Shown here piece after piece: positions 1 through 12,000 of a stretch of DNA of 64,000 bases (the stretch's first letter is position 1; each line of letters opens with the position of its first letter). A model generated the notes under the pieces. It was not told the DNA's origin and did no database searches. It saw only the letters and a list, made by a program, of their open reading frames with translations. The position numbers and the translations under genes are program-made. Origin of the DNA: Octopus bimaculoides. Taxonomy: Eukaryota. The stretch is taken from the NCBI RefSeq assembly GCF_001194135.2, contig NC_068997.1, forward strand, positions 20,337,847-20,401,846, given 5' to 3'.

Positions 1-538
1 ATATATATATATATATATACGTATATACATACATATACACACACACGTATGTGCGTACGTGTCATTCTCTATTCCTAATCTATATGAGGAAACGCCTGCG
101 GTTATTTGTCCTCGGCTTTTATTATGCTAAGCTCTACGTTATGGAATTGCAAAAGTTCACGTTTCATGAAGAAAATTGAAGATCAAAACAAGATTGTGAG
201 TGCTGCGATCCGAAGTTGAGAGATAAAGTGAGTACATGTAAATTGAGGAAAACAATCTGGACTCTAACGTTATTAGTGTTATCTATTGTTCAAATATAAA
301 CGTCGAACCAGAGAAGGAAATGCAGAACACATACAAACATTGATAAGGATAATCTTAGGTGGGGGAAGCGAGTATCTATGCCGTGTATTAACTCAGTGGT
401 AATAGGAAATACGAGTCGGTGAGGATGGTTTTACGTTGTCGTTCGACCTGTCAAAAATCAAACCTCCAGTGAATCACATCCTACCATATTTTAAATGTGA
501 GGAAGGCGGCGGAATTCTGGTTTAAGTACTCCATATAG

Positions 539-911
539 CAGTGGAAGCGCAATGGCCCAGTGGTTAGGGCAGCGGACTCGCGGTTTCGATTCCCAGACCG
601 GGCGTTGTGAGTGTTTATTGAGCGAAAACACCTAAAGTTCCACGAGGCTCCGGCAGGGGATGGTGGCGAACCCTGCTGTACTCTTTCACCACAACATTCT
701 CTCACTCTTTCTTCCTGTTTCTGTTGTATCTGTAATTCAAAGGGTCAGCCTTGTCACACTGTGTCACGCTGAATATCCCTGAGAACTACGTTAAGGGTAC
801 ACGTGTCTGTGGAGTGCTCAACCACTTGCACGTTAATTTCACGAGCAGGCTGTTCTGTTGATCGGATCAACTGGAACCCTCGACGTCGTAAGCGACAGAG
901 TGCCAACAACA
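539..911 (+). mobile_element. tRNA-derived SINE, apparently young (CpG-rich), with (AAC)n tail
   Basis: Pol III box A-like TGGCCCAGTGG and box B-like GGTTTCGATTCCC near the 5' end, GC-rich body, ends in gccaacaacaa. Boundaries approximate. Confidence 0.75.
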
Positions 912-1720
912 ATAGCCCGTCGTAACTTTTATTTCTTGGAATCTTCAAAAAACTTTTACAAATTTGCGTTCTGTATACATACGATAATGCAAAAAAAAAA
1001 AAATTAAAAAATCGAACTCTCCCTCACCCGCGATAAATATCAAAATTTCCACTTTTTTTCGAATTTTTCTTTAAAATCAGACAGTCTGATTTGTTTTGCT
1101 TAAATCCCAGCAATAGACCGCCCATGGGTGCATCATAATTCAATTAAATTCGTTTATGTGGAGAAAAATATTGAAAAACATCGATACATGTTAGAGTGAC
1201 ACAGAAACGAGGAAGGTATCAGGTGGTCGTGAGATGTGCTAAATTCGCAAAAGTTTACTGAAAATTTTTTTTAAATAAGCAAGTTACAAGGAGTTATGTG
1301 GGATACTTAAACCAGAATTCCATCACCAAACCTCTCGTGAATCACATGCTACTATATCGAATAATGTATGTCTAAATTGAAGGAATGGTAATATCTGTCA
1401 TCATAAGATTGCTCTACTGGGGTTATGATACAAATATGAAGCATCTCTCAGTATACTTTAGATGCTTTCAAAGCTGTCCTATGCTACTCCTACCCAAATG
1501 AATGGATAGGGGTAGCATGGCAATAGGCATGGACATAGCTCCTTAATCATGTTTGCTTCTTAACCACGTTTTTCAGTTCAATTTCACTTCATGGTACTTT
1601 GGGCAAGTATATTTTACGACAGTCCCAGGTCAACCTAAACCATGTGGGTGGATTTGGTAGATGCAAACTGAAATAAGCTTGGTGTGTGTATGTATGGTTT
1701 CTTATTATTATTTGGTTTAA

Positions 1721-1842
1721 CATCACTCAGTAAGACCTTTGGTAGCTATCTATCTAAAGTTGTCTGATGGCTATGGTACGTACACACATAACGTTTGCAC
1801 CACCAGTCTAGAACCCCTATCTTGCTTTAGTCACCTTTTTGA
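1721..1842 (+). mobile_element. Internally deleted copy of the CR1/L2-like LINE fragment at 3395-3680
   Basis: Nearly identical to 3395-3642 apart from 11-bp and 114-bp deletions. Confidence 0.65.
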
Positions 1843-3394
1843 GAAACATAAAAGAACATGATTTTATTATAATTAAAATAATAAGTTTAGAAAAATAAAT
1901 TTACAATGCTAAGTATGTACAAAAGAGTTTATAAAAAATTTTAGAAATTGATAACTAAAAAGTAACCAAAAGTAATTGCCCTTTAAATTGTAACTCGCAT
2001 GCCAAATTAACACCCTAAAATGTTTGTGTATCATAGCTTCACTAGTTCAGATATGTCAGCAGAATTCTAATGAGATTCACTCTTGTAGAGAGTTAGTAAA
2101 TCTTTAACACATAAAGCGCAACGGGCCAGGATCGTGACCGTCAGGCAACAATCATGGCCCAGATAGATGCATTTAATTTACGGGCGTTTATTGGTGTCTA
2201 ATGTCACTCAAACATTCCGATACCTCCCAGAAATGCAAGAGGACTAATAATTCAACTAATGACTTTTCAGATGATGTAAAACTTGCCACCATTATATACT
2301 AAGAAAATATTTTAACTATTTTTTTTTGGTTTTTTATGTGTGCATAGTAGTTTCATTTTCATAAAATGTGCTCAACAGTCCATGCTATGTAAGTGCAAAT
2401 CGCAGCACTTAATGAGTTAAGGATGAAGTATTTTCTGATCCTAAAGGAGAAACGTAGTGTTTTGGATGCAATTTAAGTTATAGTTATTAATTGTTATTAA
2501 TGATGTGCAGTCATCATAAAACATTATGGGAAACTGTAAGGCCAAGCATTTACTAATTCGAAGTATTTTTTTTAGCTCTGTGTTGCTCATGAATACAAAT
2601 AATATATTGTTAAATGCATTTTCCCTAGATAGTTATCATAATTGTATATTGGTAATGTTGAATGAGAGAAAGTTGTCATCACTTGGGGAAATATTTTAAA
2701 AATCTTTGTTCATAAAGTGAAGTAAAGTGAGCTAAATTGTGTGCGTGTGTGCAGTTAAAAGTAACTGAAGTTATTTATGTACAGAAGGATGAAAATAAAA
2801 AGCAGAGATAAGAATAAAATCCTACTCAAAAATACACAAGAGTTGATAAAATATGGATTGGAGAGGGCCTTGTCAAGACACACACATGTCAGAGGAGTCT
2901 GATAAGAAAGTCGGAGGACGGAGGAGCGAGTATGTCTCATAGCAGATACAATGAAGGTGGTGTTGTGGACCAAGGGAAATAACTTTGCATTTGTTGAAGT
3001 TCTGTTTGAGAAATATATATATATTGATGCGACAAATTACAGCAGCTCAACCATCATTATATTATACACGGTTCTTCGTCATTTAAAGAAAAAGTATATG
3101 TAGAATAATATCAACAAATTATCAAACAATCTTTTATTTTAAATGTTGTGGAGTAATTTGAGTTATGTTTTATCGGTTTTTTTCTCTATTAAAAGTGTTA
3201 ATTTTACCACCGTCTCAATAAAATTTAAACAGGCTTTTTCTAAATCTAACCTCCAAGTGATAATCTCTGCTCTGTAAATATGTCACTTCCAGCAATCTTC
3301 CTTGTTTATTAATTCATTTAAAAAAAAAAAAATTATATTTCGTGAGCATGGATGCATTTTTAAGATTGTCAAGAAGGCTAAAGATGCCTTTTAC

Positions 3395-3680
3395 CATCAC
3401 TCAGTAAGACCTTTGGTAGCCGCTCCCCAGCTATCTATCTAAAGTTGTCTGATGGCTATGGTACATACACGCGTAACGTTTGCATCACCAGTCTATCACC
3501 CCAATCTTGCTCAAGCATATCAATCGCCTGGAAACTGTTCAGGGCATGGACACATTAAAACTCCGGCGTTTGGCAACTGACTTGGTAAGACACCTACAAG
3601 ATTATCCACCATCTTTCCAACAACTTTAGTCACCTTTTTGAATTCCATGTCTAACACACGTGAACATGCTTACAAAATAA
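3395..3680 (+). mobile_element. Degenerate CR1/L2 (jockey-group)-like LINE 3' ORF2 remnant
   Basis: Frameshifted translation resembles the post-RT tail of CR1/L2 elements (FASPV, LKLRRLATDL, TYKIIH, TREHAYKI). Family assigned from remembered motifs. Confidence 0.55.
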
Positions 3681-4614
3681 AAAAATTTAAAAAAACAGCA
3701 CAGCGCCCATCACTTTCGGAAACACTGTTTCACGCTCAAAATTGCTAAAGCATGGAATATACTATCTGCATCAGTTGTTAGCTGTCAGGACACTACATCC
3801 TTCAAAACTTACGTGCTTCCTGAAATTCGCAGAGTACACCTGATTCTCCCCCCCCCCTACACACACACACCTTTTGTTTCCCTTCTTGTGCATTACTCTA
3901 TGTACTGTTCATGCACTTTTGGCTACTGTTTCTGATGAGATGTAGTGCACCTGGGCACTATATACATTAAGTTCATTGTCAAGTTGCAAAAGAAAATCGG
4001 TCCTTGTCAAGTTAACTTATGTAAGCCGTATATAAAGTCAGGTTACCTCTGAGATGAGAAACATCTATGTGCTTTTTAAGTGCTGTTATTACATCAGAAA
4101 CAGATGTCCTCCCACCTGGCTTTAAAAATTACTTGATAAAGACAGGTATCTCAACTTACTGGCGTATAACTGATAGAGACAACAAAAACAATAATGTTTC
4201 AATTGATTTTAATCCACTGTTTCTTTTACCTTAGCATTCATCTCCAATATCAACTCGAAGAGTAGGTTACATAAAACTAGAGAATACATTAAATAGTAGA
4301 ATCGGCAAAAGCTAGAGATGAGCTACGTGAGAAAATAGTAAAATAGAGTATAAAGTGATGAAACAGCAGAATAAATTGTATGCTGCGAGGAGGAAAATAA
4401 TTTCATTTTCTAAATGTATTTTAGTAAACACAGTCTCGACTTATCAAGTTGTTTGGCCCTAGACGAGCTCTGAGAAACAGCAAGCATAAACCAACGTGCT
4501 CGTTTTTGTTTACAATTATAATACTTCCTGGAGCTTATCTTCGTTTCCAAGGTCCCATAAAAATGAAAATATTTACTATGTCAAAAATAGAGGTCTTGTC
4601 AGCCAATAAAATGA

Positions 4615-4624
4615 NNNNNNNNNN
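4615..4624. other. Assembly gap (10 N)
   Basis: Run of N in the sequence. Confidence 1.
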
Positions 4625-4939
4625 TTTTTTTCTTTTTTACAAAATAGTTAAATAACGGAAGTAAAACAGTGGGCATTTAGTAGAGTGACCACTAAATGCT
4701 AATGTGACATTCTTATTACTAAAGCTGGATCCACCAAATATTCAAGTTAGATTCCTAATTAATGTGTGCAAAGCATGGCTATTAACTACTCAAGAGCATT
4801 GAATGTCGAGAGAGAATGGTTAACAGTAAATGCTACTTCTGACAAGGTAAATGCTTTCATTTATTCGAGTCAGAGTTCGTCTTGCCAGCATTATACACCC
4901 CAGGGACGAAGCAATGCATTGGAGCCTTTAATATTTATT

Positions 4940-5080
4940 CTTAGTTGCTTAGCAGCATTTCGCCCGTCTTAACTTTCTGAGTTCAAATTCAACCGAGGTC
5001 GACTTTGCCTTTTATCCTTTCGGGGTCGATAAAATAAGTACCTGTTGAATACTGAGGTCCTCGAAATTGCTGGCTTTCAA
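4940..5080 (+). mobile_element. SINE family B (tRNA head plus Deu/Nin-like central domain)
   Basis: Contains GAGTTCAAATT (box B-like) and GTCGACTTTGCCTTTTATCCTTTCGGGGTCGATAAAATAAGTACC. Related copies (approximate): plus 21470-21550, 27960-28130, 53050-53225, 62810-63005; minus 17535-17705, 18060-18190, 30755-30965, 36668-36770, 37755-37970, 43280-43375, 54915-55085, 60340-60420, 63280-63400. Confidence 0.75.
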
Positions 5081-5276
5081 AAGTATGTATTTCCTCCCAT
5101 CACAGAAATAATGCTGAGTTCAACATTATAAGCTCTATCCAGCCTCCAAAATTCCCTCTACTTTAACACTATTGATGATTTCGTACTTCGGACTTGACTA
5201 GAAAAAGCAGCTAAATTACCTTGAAACTACACTACCATCCAACGTGGTTACCTGATCTCTTTGAAGAAAAAAAAAA

Positions 5277-5575
5277 GCCAGGCATGGCTACGTGGTAAGA
5301 AACTTGCTTTTCAACCACATGGTACCTTGAGCAAGTGTCTTCTATAGCTCCAGGTCGACCAAAGCCTTGTGAGTGGATTTGGAAGTCAGAAACTGAAAGA
5401 AGCCCGTTGTGTCTATGTATATATCTATGTGTGTTTGTCCCTTATCACCGCTTGACAACCGGCTCTGGTATGTTTACGTCTCTGTATCGTAGCGGTTCGG
5501 CAATAAAGACCGATAGAATAAGTACTACACTTAAAAATAGAAAAAATCCTGGGGTCGATTTCTTTAAACGCAGTC
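5277..5575 (+). mobile_element. SINE family A (GGCATGGCTGTGTGGTAAGAAGCTTGCTTCCC head, CCTTGGGCAAG core)
   Basis: tRNA-like head and conserved core seen many times. Approximate copies: plus 13600-13765, 19688-19995, 37330-37660, 41577-41915, 51362-51700, 53291-53620, 61269-61432; minus 8870-9180, 16660-16960, 21830-22120, 31530-31710, 33130-33470, 35290-35430, 49830-49910. Confidence 0.8.
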
Positions 5576-5805
5576 AAATGAATGACCCTAAAGTGACGGG
5601 ATGATTATAAATAAAATGCATTTAATCATAGGTCGGCTTGATCAAAGTTGACCTGGGGTTTAAGTTAGAGATACATTATATATATATATAACAGGATGTC
5701 ATAGTTGAAATTTGAAAAAATCTTTGATCACCGGCCTGTTTGCTGAATTACATGGCTCAACTAACCAAGGGTTCAATAACAACAAATTAGAAAACGTAAG
5801 CTTAC

Positions 5806-5988
5806 TTCGGAGCAGATAATCGATTGAAATAATGCGATGCTACTAGAAGATGAGACTAATTGACAGAACTGTTGTACAATGCCGGTATTAAATACAAGTT
5901 TGGCCGATGTCGATGCTAATGCCGCGAAGAGACCAGAAAAAACTGCCAGAAATGCTCCATAATTAATCACTTCCTTCCAGTTCTTCAT
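5806..5988 (-). CDS. TMEM42: TMEM42-like small membrane protein, coding exon 1 only (partial gene)
   Basis: ATG at 5988 gives MKNWKEVINYGAFLAVFSGLFAALASTSAKLVF...ICSE, followed by a GTAAGC donor at 5805 (phase 0). The GxFAALAxxSAKLxF motif and the exon ending at ..SE match my recollection of TMEM42. Downstream exons were not found in 1-5800. Confidence 0.72.
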
Positions 5989-6460
5989 TTTAATCTGTTG
6001 ACTTGTTTCTAATCAATCCTAATTTTTTTTTTATTATCAAGATGCAAATACTTCGTTAGCTGTATTACATAAAAAATAACAACGTATAAAATATTAATAA
6101 TAAAGAAGTAAAATAAAGTATTGATAATAAGGAAATAAAATAAAATAATATATGAAATTTGTTTTTGTAATAGTTTATTAGTGGAATCGAAACTGCGGCT
6201 TAGAATGCTTCGTTCGCGTTTTCTTTCTCTCTTGCAGTGAAGAGAAATTCATAAGCTTATTAGATAATTTTTCTCAAATAATAAATATCTTCAAAATATT
6301 CAATCATTAGCCATAGATATATTAACAAAATAAAATAATATAAAGTGATGTGTTTTTAAATGTCAGATAATAAACAAAAAATCGGTATTGCGAATATTCT
6401 TCTCATTATATATACAGTTTTCACCCATGCTTTGCAGGTTCGCAGTAAAAATAATCCACT
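5989..6460. promoter_or_regulatory. Putative bidirectional promoter between TMEM42-like and EMC8/9
   Basis: Divergent start codons are only 472 bp apart, with a small CpG cluster at about 6185-6240. The acceptor-like CCCATGCTTTGCAG ending at 6437 suggests a 5'UTR intron in EMC8/9. Confidence 0.6.
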
Positions 6461-6667
6461 ATGGTGGACTATAATGTCAGTCTGCAGGCTTACTGTAAAA
6501 TATTATCTCATGCAGCTAAGTATCCTCACAGTTCCGTTAATGGAGTTCTTCTCGCCGAGGATACTAAGGTGAAGGATTCCAATAAATGCTTAAAAATGGT
6601 GGACACTATCCCTTTGTTTCATGTCTGCTTAGGACTTACGCCGATGCTCGAATTCGCCCTGACGCTG
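6461..6667 (+). CDS. EMC8: EMC8/9 coding exon 1
   Basis: MVDYNVSLQAY...LEFALTL, donor GTTAGT at 6668, phase 0. Confidence 0.93.
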
Positions 6668-8589
6668 GTTAGTATGGACATAACATCACATTGCCGTATC
6701 TTTTCAATTATTCTTGATGTTTATTCTCTTTTGTCAGTATTCATCTTTCCTCCCTGAATTCCCTGGTTGTGAAATTTAAGGGATTAAGTGACGGACTTAA
6801 ATTTTAATTTGGTTTCAAATCGGTAAGGCGACCACCTCGTGCTTAAAGTACCGATGATTTTAATTGGAAAAAAACGTTATTTCTCAAAAAAAAAAAGATA
6901 AAAGGAATTTTTTTTTAACAGTTGCTTATTTAAGAAAAATGCATGTAAATAATTTTATGTTGAAAGCTTTATAATATCTTAAAGTTTTGTAGCTGAAACT
7001 TGATGGCTTCTAAGAAAGTATTGTATTATTAGAAAATGGTTATCTATATATGGTGTTCAATGAATGAGTCTGCTATTTGCATGTTATGCCTTCTTCCCCC
7101 CCCCCTCCTCCACATAGGTGTACAATTCTTACGGACTAGTCAAAGCGCAAGTGCAAATATCCTATTCGCTTTCTATTTCATTATTTGTTGGAAAAATATA
7201 AATTTCAACTTCTGTTGGAGATTTTAATTTTGATTTGTTCTATATTTGGATTTAACACCATTTCATTTCTATTTTATGAAAACATTTCTTCAGTTGCTGT
7301 TGTTTAGCCCCAGACCAGCCCTGATCGAGCAAACTTATTAAGGGATTTCCGGTTGTGAGCATACCGTCTGGACTATGTCCTTCCCAATTTAAGGTGGTAT
7401 GGCGTGCTTTGAGAGAGAACAGGTTATTATTTCAAGCAGGCTGATCGGCCATTTAGAGCCATTCGCTCATTGGCTCGAATAAAAACTCTTTAATTGTTGT
7501 TTAGAAATGATTGGGACTAAAAAATTTATCAACGCCGCTCCCTTTTGTCAGTATGGTTTTTGAGTAATCACTAAATGGATTAAGTTATATCTTCACGATG
7601 CTAAGGTACTTAATTATTGAGGTAGGTTTCAATGTATTTCACATTGCAGGGGAAAATAAGCAGATTAAATTAACTACAGAGCCAAGAGCAACAAATATAT
7701 TGCATCCTGTAGATTATCAATGCAGCAAGCAGATTATTCGAAATGTTAAGGGTACATGTACGACAGATTGCAGGAAACTAGTAATTAAATATACTGCGGT
7801 TGGCAGTAATAACCAGTTGATTAATGAGGATCAAGTTAAAACCGTCATTAACTCAGCAGTTTGAACCCTGTTTTAAGATCACAATTCTCAGGATTTAACA
7901 TATAAAAGAAAGACACATTGCATTTAATTAACTCTTTCATAACTGGGATACATTACATGTGTTTCAATTAATTTTGAAAATAATCAAGAATTTGGTGGGC
8001 TTTAATAAAACAAACTAACTTGGCGATTTTTAAGTTGATAGTTGGAACATATGTAAAAAATGAACGCTTTCAAATGAGTGTTTTTGTTGTTTTGTTTTAT
8101 AGTATCAGAAGTTAATATAAAAAGAGATAACCATGGAACATCTTTGATCAGTGGTTTGCCAAATCTCAACTCGGGCCTGACTTGGGCTGAACAACACCAC
8201 CAACAAAGGAATATGTCTGCTGTTAGAAGTGTAATACTAGGGAACCAAAACTCATGCTGTTCACACCCGAGATTTGAAACAGTTTTGAGTTGAATGAGCT
8301 GAGTACAGTTTGATTTGATATGGAATGCTAAACTGTAAGAAAGACTTAAGCCCAGTTGAACTTTTATCAATGAGTATTAAAAACGTTAGCAGATGTTTTG
8401 CAAACTGGCAATTGCACTGAGTTGAATAGGTGATGCAGAAGGCAGGTGCATGAAATAAGTCAGCAGTTTGAAATTGCTATAAGAGAAGCAGCAAAGAACT
8501 TTACAGTAGAGCTGGCCCGAGACTGATAAGACCAGTGGAAGGCTGTTGTATTTCAAATCTGTCCAAACCACACCAGCATGGGAAAGCTG

Positions 8590-8620
<31 letters not shown>

Positions 8621-9048
8621 CAATCATGACACCATCATCACTATCAACACCATTCACTAATTATTTTTGTTGTTATTCTCTTATTAAAGATACTTACTGT
8701 GGCTTTTATTTATTTATTTTGCTAAACCTGCTATTTTTGTTGTTGTTTTCCAGATAGATATATATTGTAAAAGTAAAGGTTTGGTCATTGGTGGATATTA
8801 CCAAGCCAATGAAAGCTATTGCAATTCAAAGTAAGTTGTTGTTATGAATTTTATTACCTTTTTTTACTTGTTTCGGTCATTTGACTGCGGCCATGCTGCA
8901 GCACCACCTTTTTAGTCAAGCAAGTCAACCCCCAGGACTTATTCTTTGTAAGCCTAGTACTTATTCTTTCGGTCTCTTTTGCCGGCCCACCAAGTTACAG
9001 GGGACATAAACACACCAGCATCGGTTTTCAAGCGATGTTGGGGGGGGA

Positions 9049-9082
<34 letters not shown>

Positions 9083-12000
9083 ACGGGCTTCTTTCAGTTT
9101 CTGTCTACCAAACCCACTGACAAGGTTTTGGTTGGCCTGACACTATAGAAGACACTTGCCCAAGGTGCCATGCAGTGGGAGTGCAGGTGCTCTTTACATG
9201 GCATCAGCACCCACAAGCCCTCAAGATTAGGAACACTCGGATGGAGAGGATGCCAGGGACATACCTGTATGCAAGGACAACCACGATTTTACTTAACTTG
9301 ACATGTCTTTTCAAGCACAGCGAACAGATGTCCAAATTGGTGAACAAATAAAAGTTAGTGGAAACAAAATAGTGAATGTTATGCCATGATAAATAAGAAG
9401 TCTAAAGTGTTATTGATGTTAGATATACCGTTAGATGAAAAAAATTGAAATTTGAGGTCACTTCTTATAACTTATTTCAGCTTTCCTCTATTCATGTGTC
9501 TTTAGCTTATGTTGGTGACCTGATAAAAACAGGATTCGGTAGATATGAGAGTTTCCTTTGCATATGCAATGCAGTTGGTGTAAGAATTAGAATTGCTAAA
9601 ATATAAGCCAGTAATAGTGACTGTCCACAACTGATGAATCACAATAGCCAAGTATTGCAAAAAGGAAGTAGGTATACAAGATGTGGAATGGAATATCAGT
9701 TAGATCACCAATTAACTTTCTTTTGATTTATAATTAAATGTCATGACTGCTGATGGTTCTTTGATAGTGGTGACCTTCTTAGGGAAGTTTGACCTAATTA
9801 TCATAACTAGGTCAAACAGTTTGGCCTGGTTCCTATTTATGGCATTTTTCAAAGGCTTTATCGGATATATGTTTTGATATGTGTAAGTTGTTTAGTGTAG
9901 TAAGAATAGAAATATGTGCAATTGAAACACATAGCTGTCTGCTGGTAAAGAAATATCTGTGATTTGGTGGTTAAGTAATGTGAACTTCATAGAGAAAAAG
10001 TGAATCCAGAAAAGAAAGTCTTACAACTCAGTCTTTCAGATTTGAATTTGACCAAATATATTTTGTGTCTTAACCTTTTAATATTCAGAATACTCTGCCA
10101 ATTGTGATGCTTATTTATTCACATTCATCGTCATCATCATTTAGCATCTGTTTTCCATGTTCAAATGGATTTACATGGTTTGAATCGAATCGGTAAGCCG
10201 GAGAGCTGTACCAGGCTCCAGTCTGGTTTGGCTTCGTTTCTGTCGCTGGTTGCTCTATTTAATGCTAACCACTCCAAGAGTGTAGTGGGTGTCTTTTACA
10301 TGTCACTGGTACTGGCTATAACGATTTCACTTGGCTTGACGTGTCTTAAGCACAGCAAGTTCAATCACCTGTCATTGCCGCCGTGCATTATCTTGTAGCT
10401 TCAAGATTTTGATGTTGTGATTGTTTATTTTTACAATGACATTGTTGGGTAGGTGTGTGTGGGGGGGAGGTGCAGATCTGGCCAGTTTTGAACATTAAAA
10501 CATGTAGAATATTTTAGCTTGATTTCTTTTCTGATTTTTTTTTTTTGTTTTTGTTTTTTTTAGCTAGAGCCCCTAAGAAAGAAATATTCCATTCATCATG
10601 CAAATTACAGAACTTTTTGACTATAGCCTCTGTTTTTTTTTCTGTCCTTGTTTTCGTATACACTCACTGCTTTCTTCCAAGGAATCTAATGCTCTGAAAA
10701 TTCTTAGTGATAAATATTCATACTTCACAGTGTTTTTATTCATAATTCTCTGTATTCATAATCAACCTTTTTTTTTTATGTTTGCAGACCTGATAATGTT
10801 GCCTATTTAATTGGCAAGAAGATACAGGAATATTTTGCAGATTCATGTATATTTATGGTAAGTGTATCATTTTATCACATTTTAAAAGGATAGGATTCTG
10901 CCACCCCTTGTCCCCACAATCAAACAGTTTGCTTGGCCAACCTATTTATTTGATTTTTCTTGAGTATTCACTCCTAAATTCCTTGAGCCAACAACCTTCA
11001 AATGTCTAAACAAGAAGTTGTAGAAATTACAGCCATTCTTCTCGGAGGAAGCTATCCTGTATCATAAAATGTGCAAGTTAAGAGAGTTCTAATGTGAGAA
11101 AGCTTCAATGACCAGTGGGTGGTCTTTGTCTGGCAGCAGATAACTCAACTGTTTCCAGCTGTTGTTAGCATTTTGATTCTTGCAAAAAATATCACATTTA
11201 ATTTCACTGAATCCTTCGACATAGCTGTTTAAATTGTTCTATAAATAGTGAATTATTCCTCTTCTATGGCACGTTTTCTCAGCTAGGGGAATGGGCTGCT
11301 GGAGATTTTACTTATCTTGATCATAACCAAAACATGAACAACAGCTTCCTTAGCCACACAATAATCTGCATTTTCCTATAAACAATAGCCTTTCAGGCAA
11401 AGCCACCAAATTCACTGTTTATTTTATATCTATACCGCTACCTCCTAGACACACATATCTTTACCACTTTATGCTCAGGGCTGCTAAAGATCAACACAGT
11501 GAATTCATTTTGAAATGCTTTGCTACCACATTAGACTCTTACCATCACCAACTTTTGTAACATTTTTCTTTCTGTTCATGTTGTGAAAAAGTTACAACTG
11601 TTTCCACTAATGATGAAAGTAAAACACTAATGTCTATGATATTAACAGCATAGCACTTACGTTCATAATCATCATCGTCACTTTTAAGGCAATGAAGATG
11701 TGTGCCAATGATATCTTATTCCTTGAATCTCATTCTCTACTTGATGACCTTCGTTATGTGTTATCCAAAACCACGTCTACTCTTTCTCTTACTATTAAGT
11801 CTGTTTACTTTTAAATACACTCCTGTACAAGAGTGACACTATTCTACACTGTACTTTTGTTGTATATATACACATCCTTTGTTCTAGATGCTAATCTAAC
11901 ATCTACCGTCCCTGCACAGTCTTTATGATTCAAGATACAACATAATCAGTGTACATACATAACTCAAAAATGCTAATTGAAACTGCTAGAATTAGTTACC

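Noticed and set aside
481-948. ORFs 481-705 and 754-948 (minus)
   Set aside because: They are antisense readings of a tRNA-derived SINE and show no protein-family signal.
60-1310. CpG-containing stretch around the first SINE ending ..GGGATACTTAA, possibly a TTAA-targeting DNA transposon
   Set aside because: I could not find a matching second terminus, so it is not listed as a feature.
2230-3020. RT-like scraps (FSDDVKL on plus at about 2265; NFNKCKVISLG on minus at about 2965-3000) and ORF 2755-2973
   Set aside because: These are too short to assign, are probably LINE debris, and are not TMEM42 exons.
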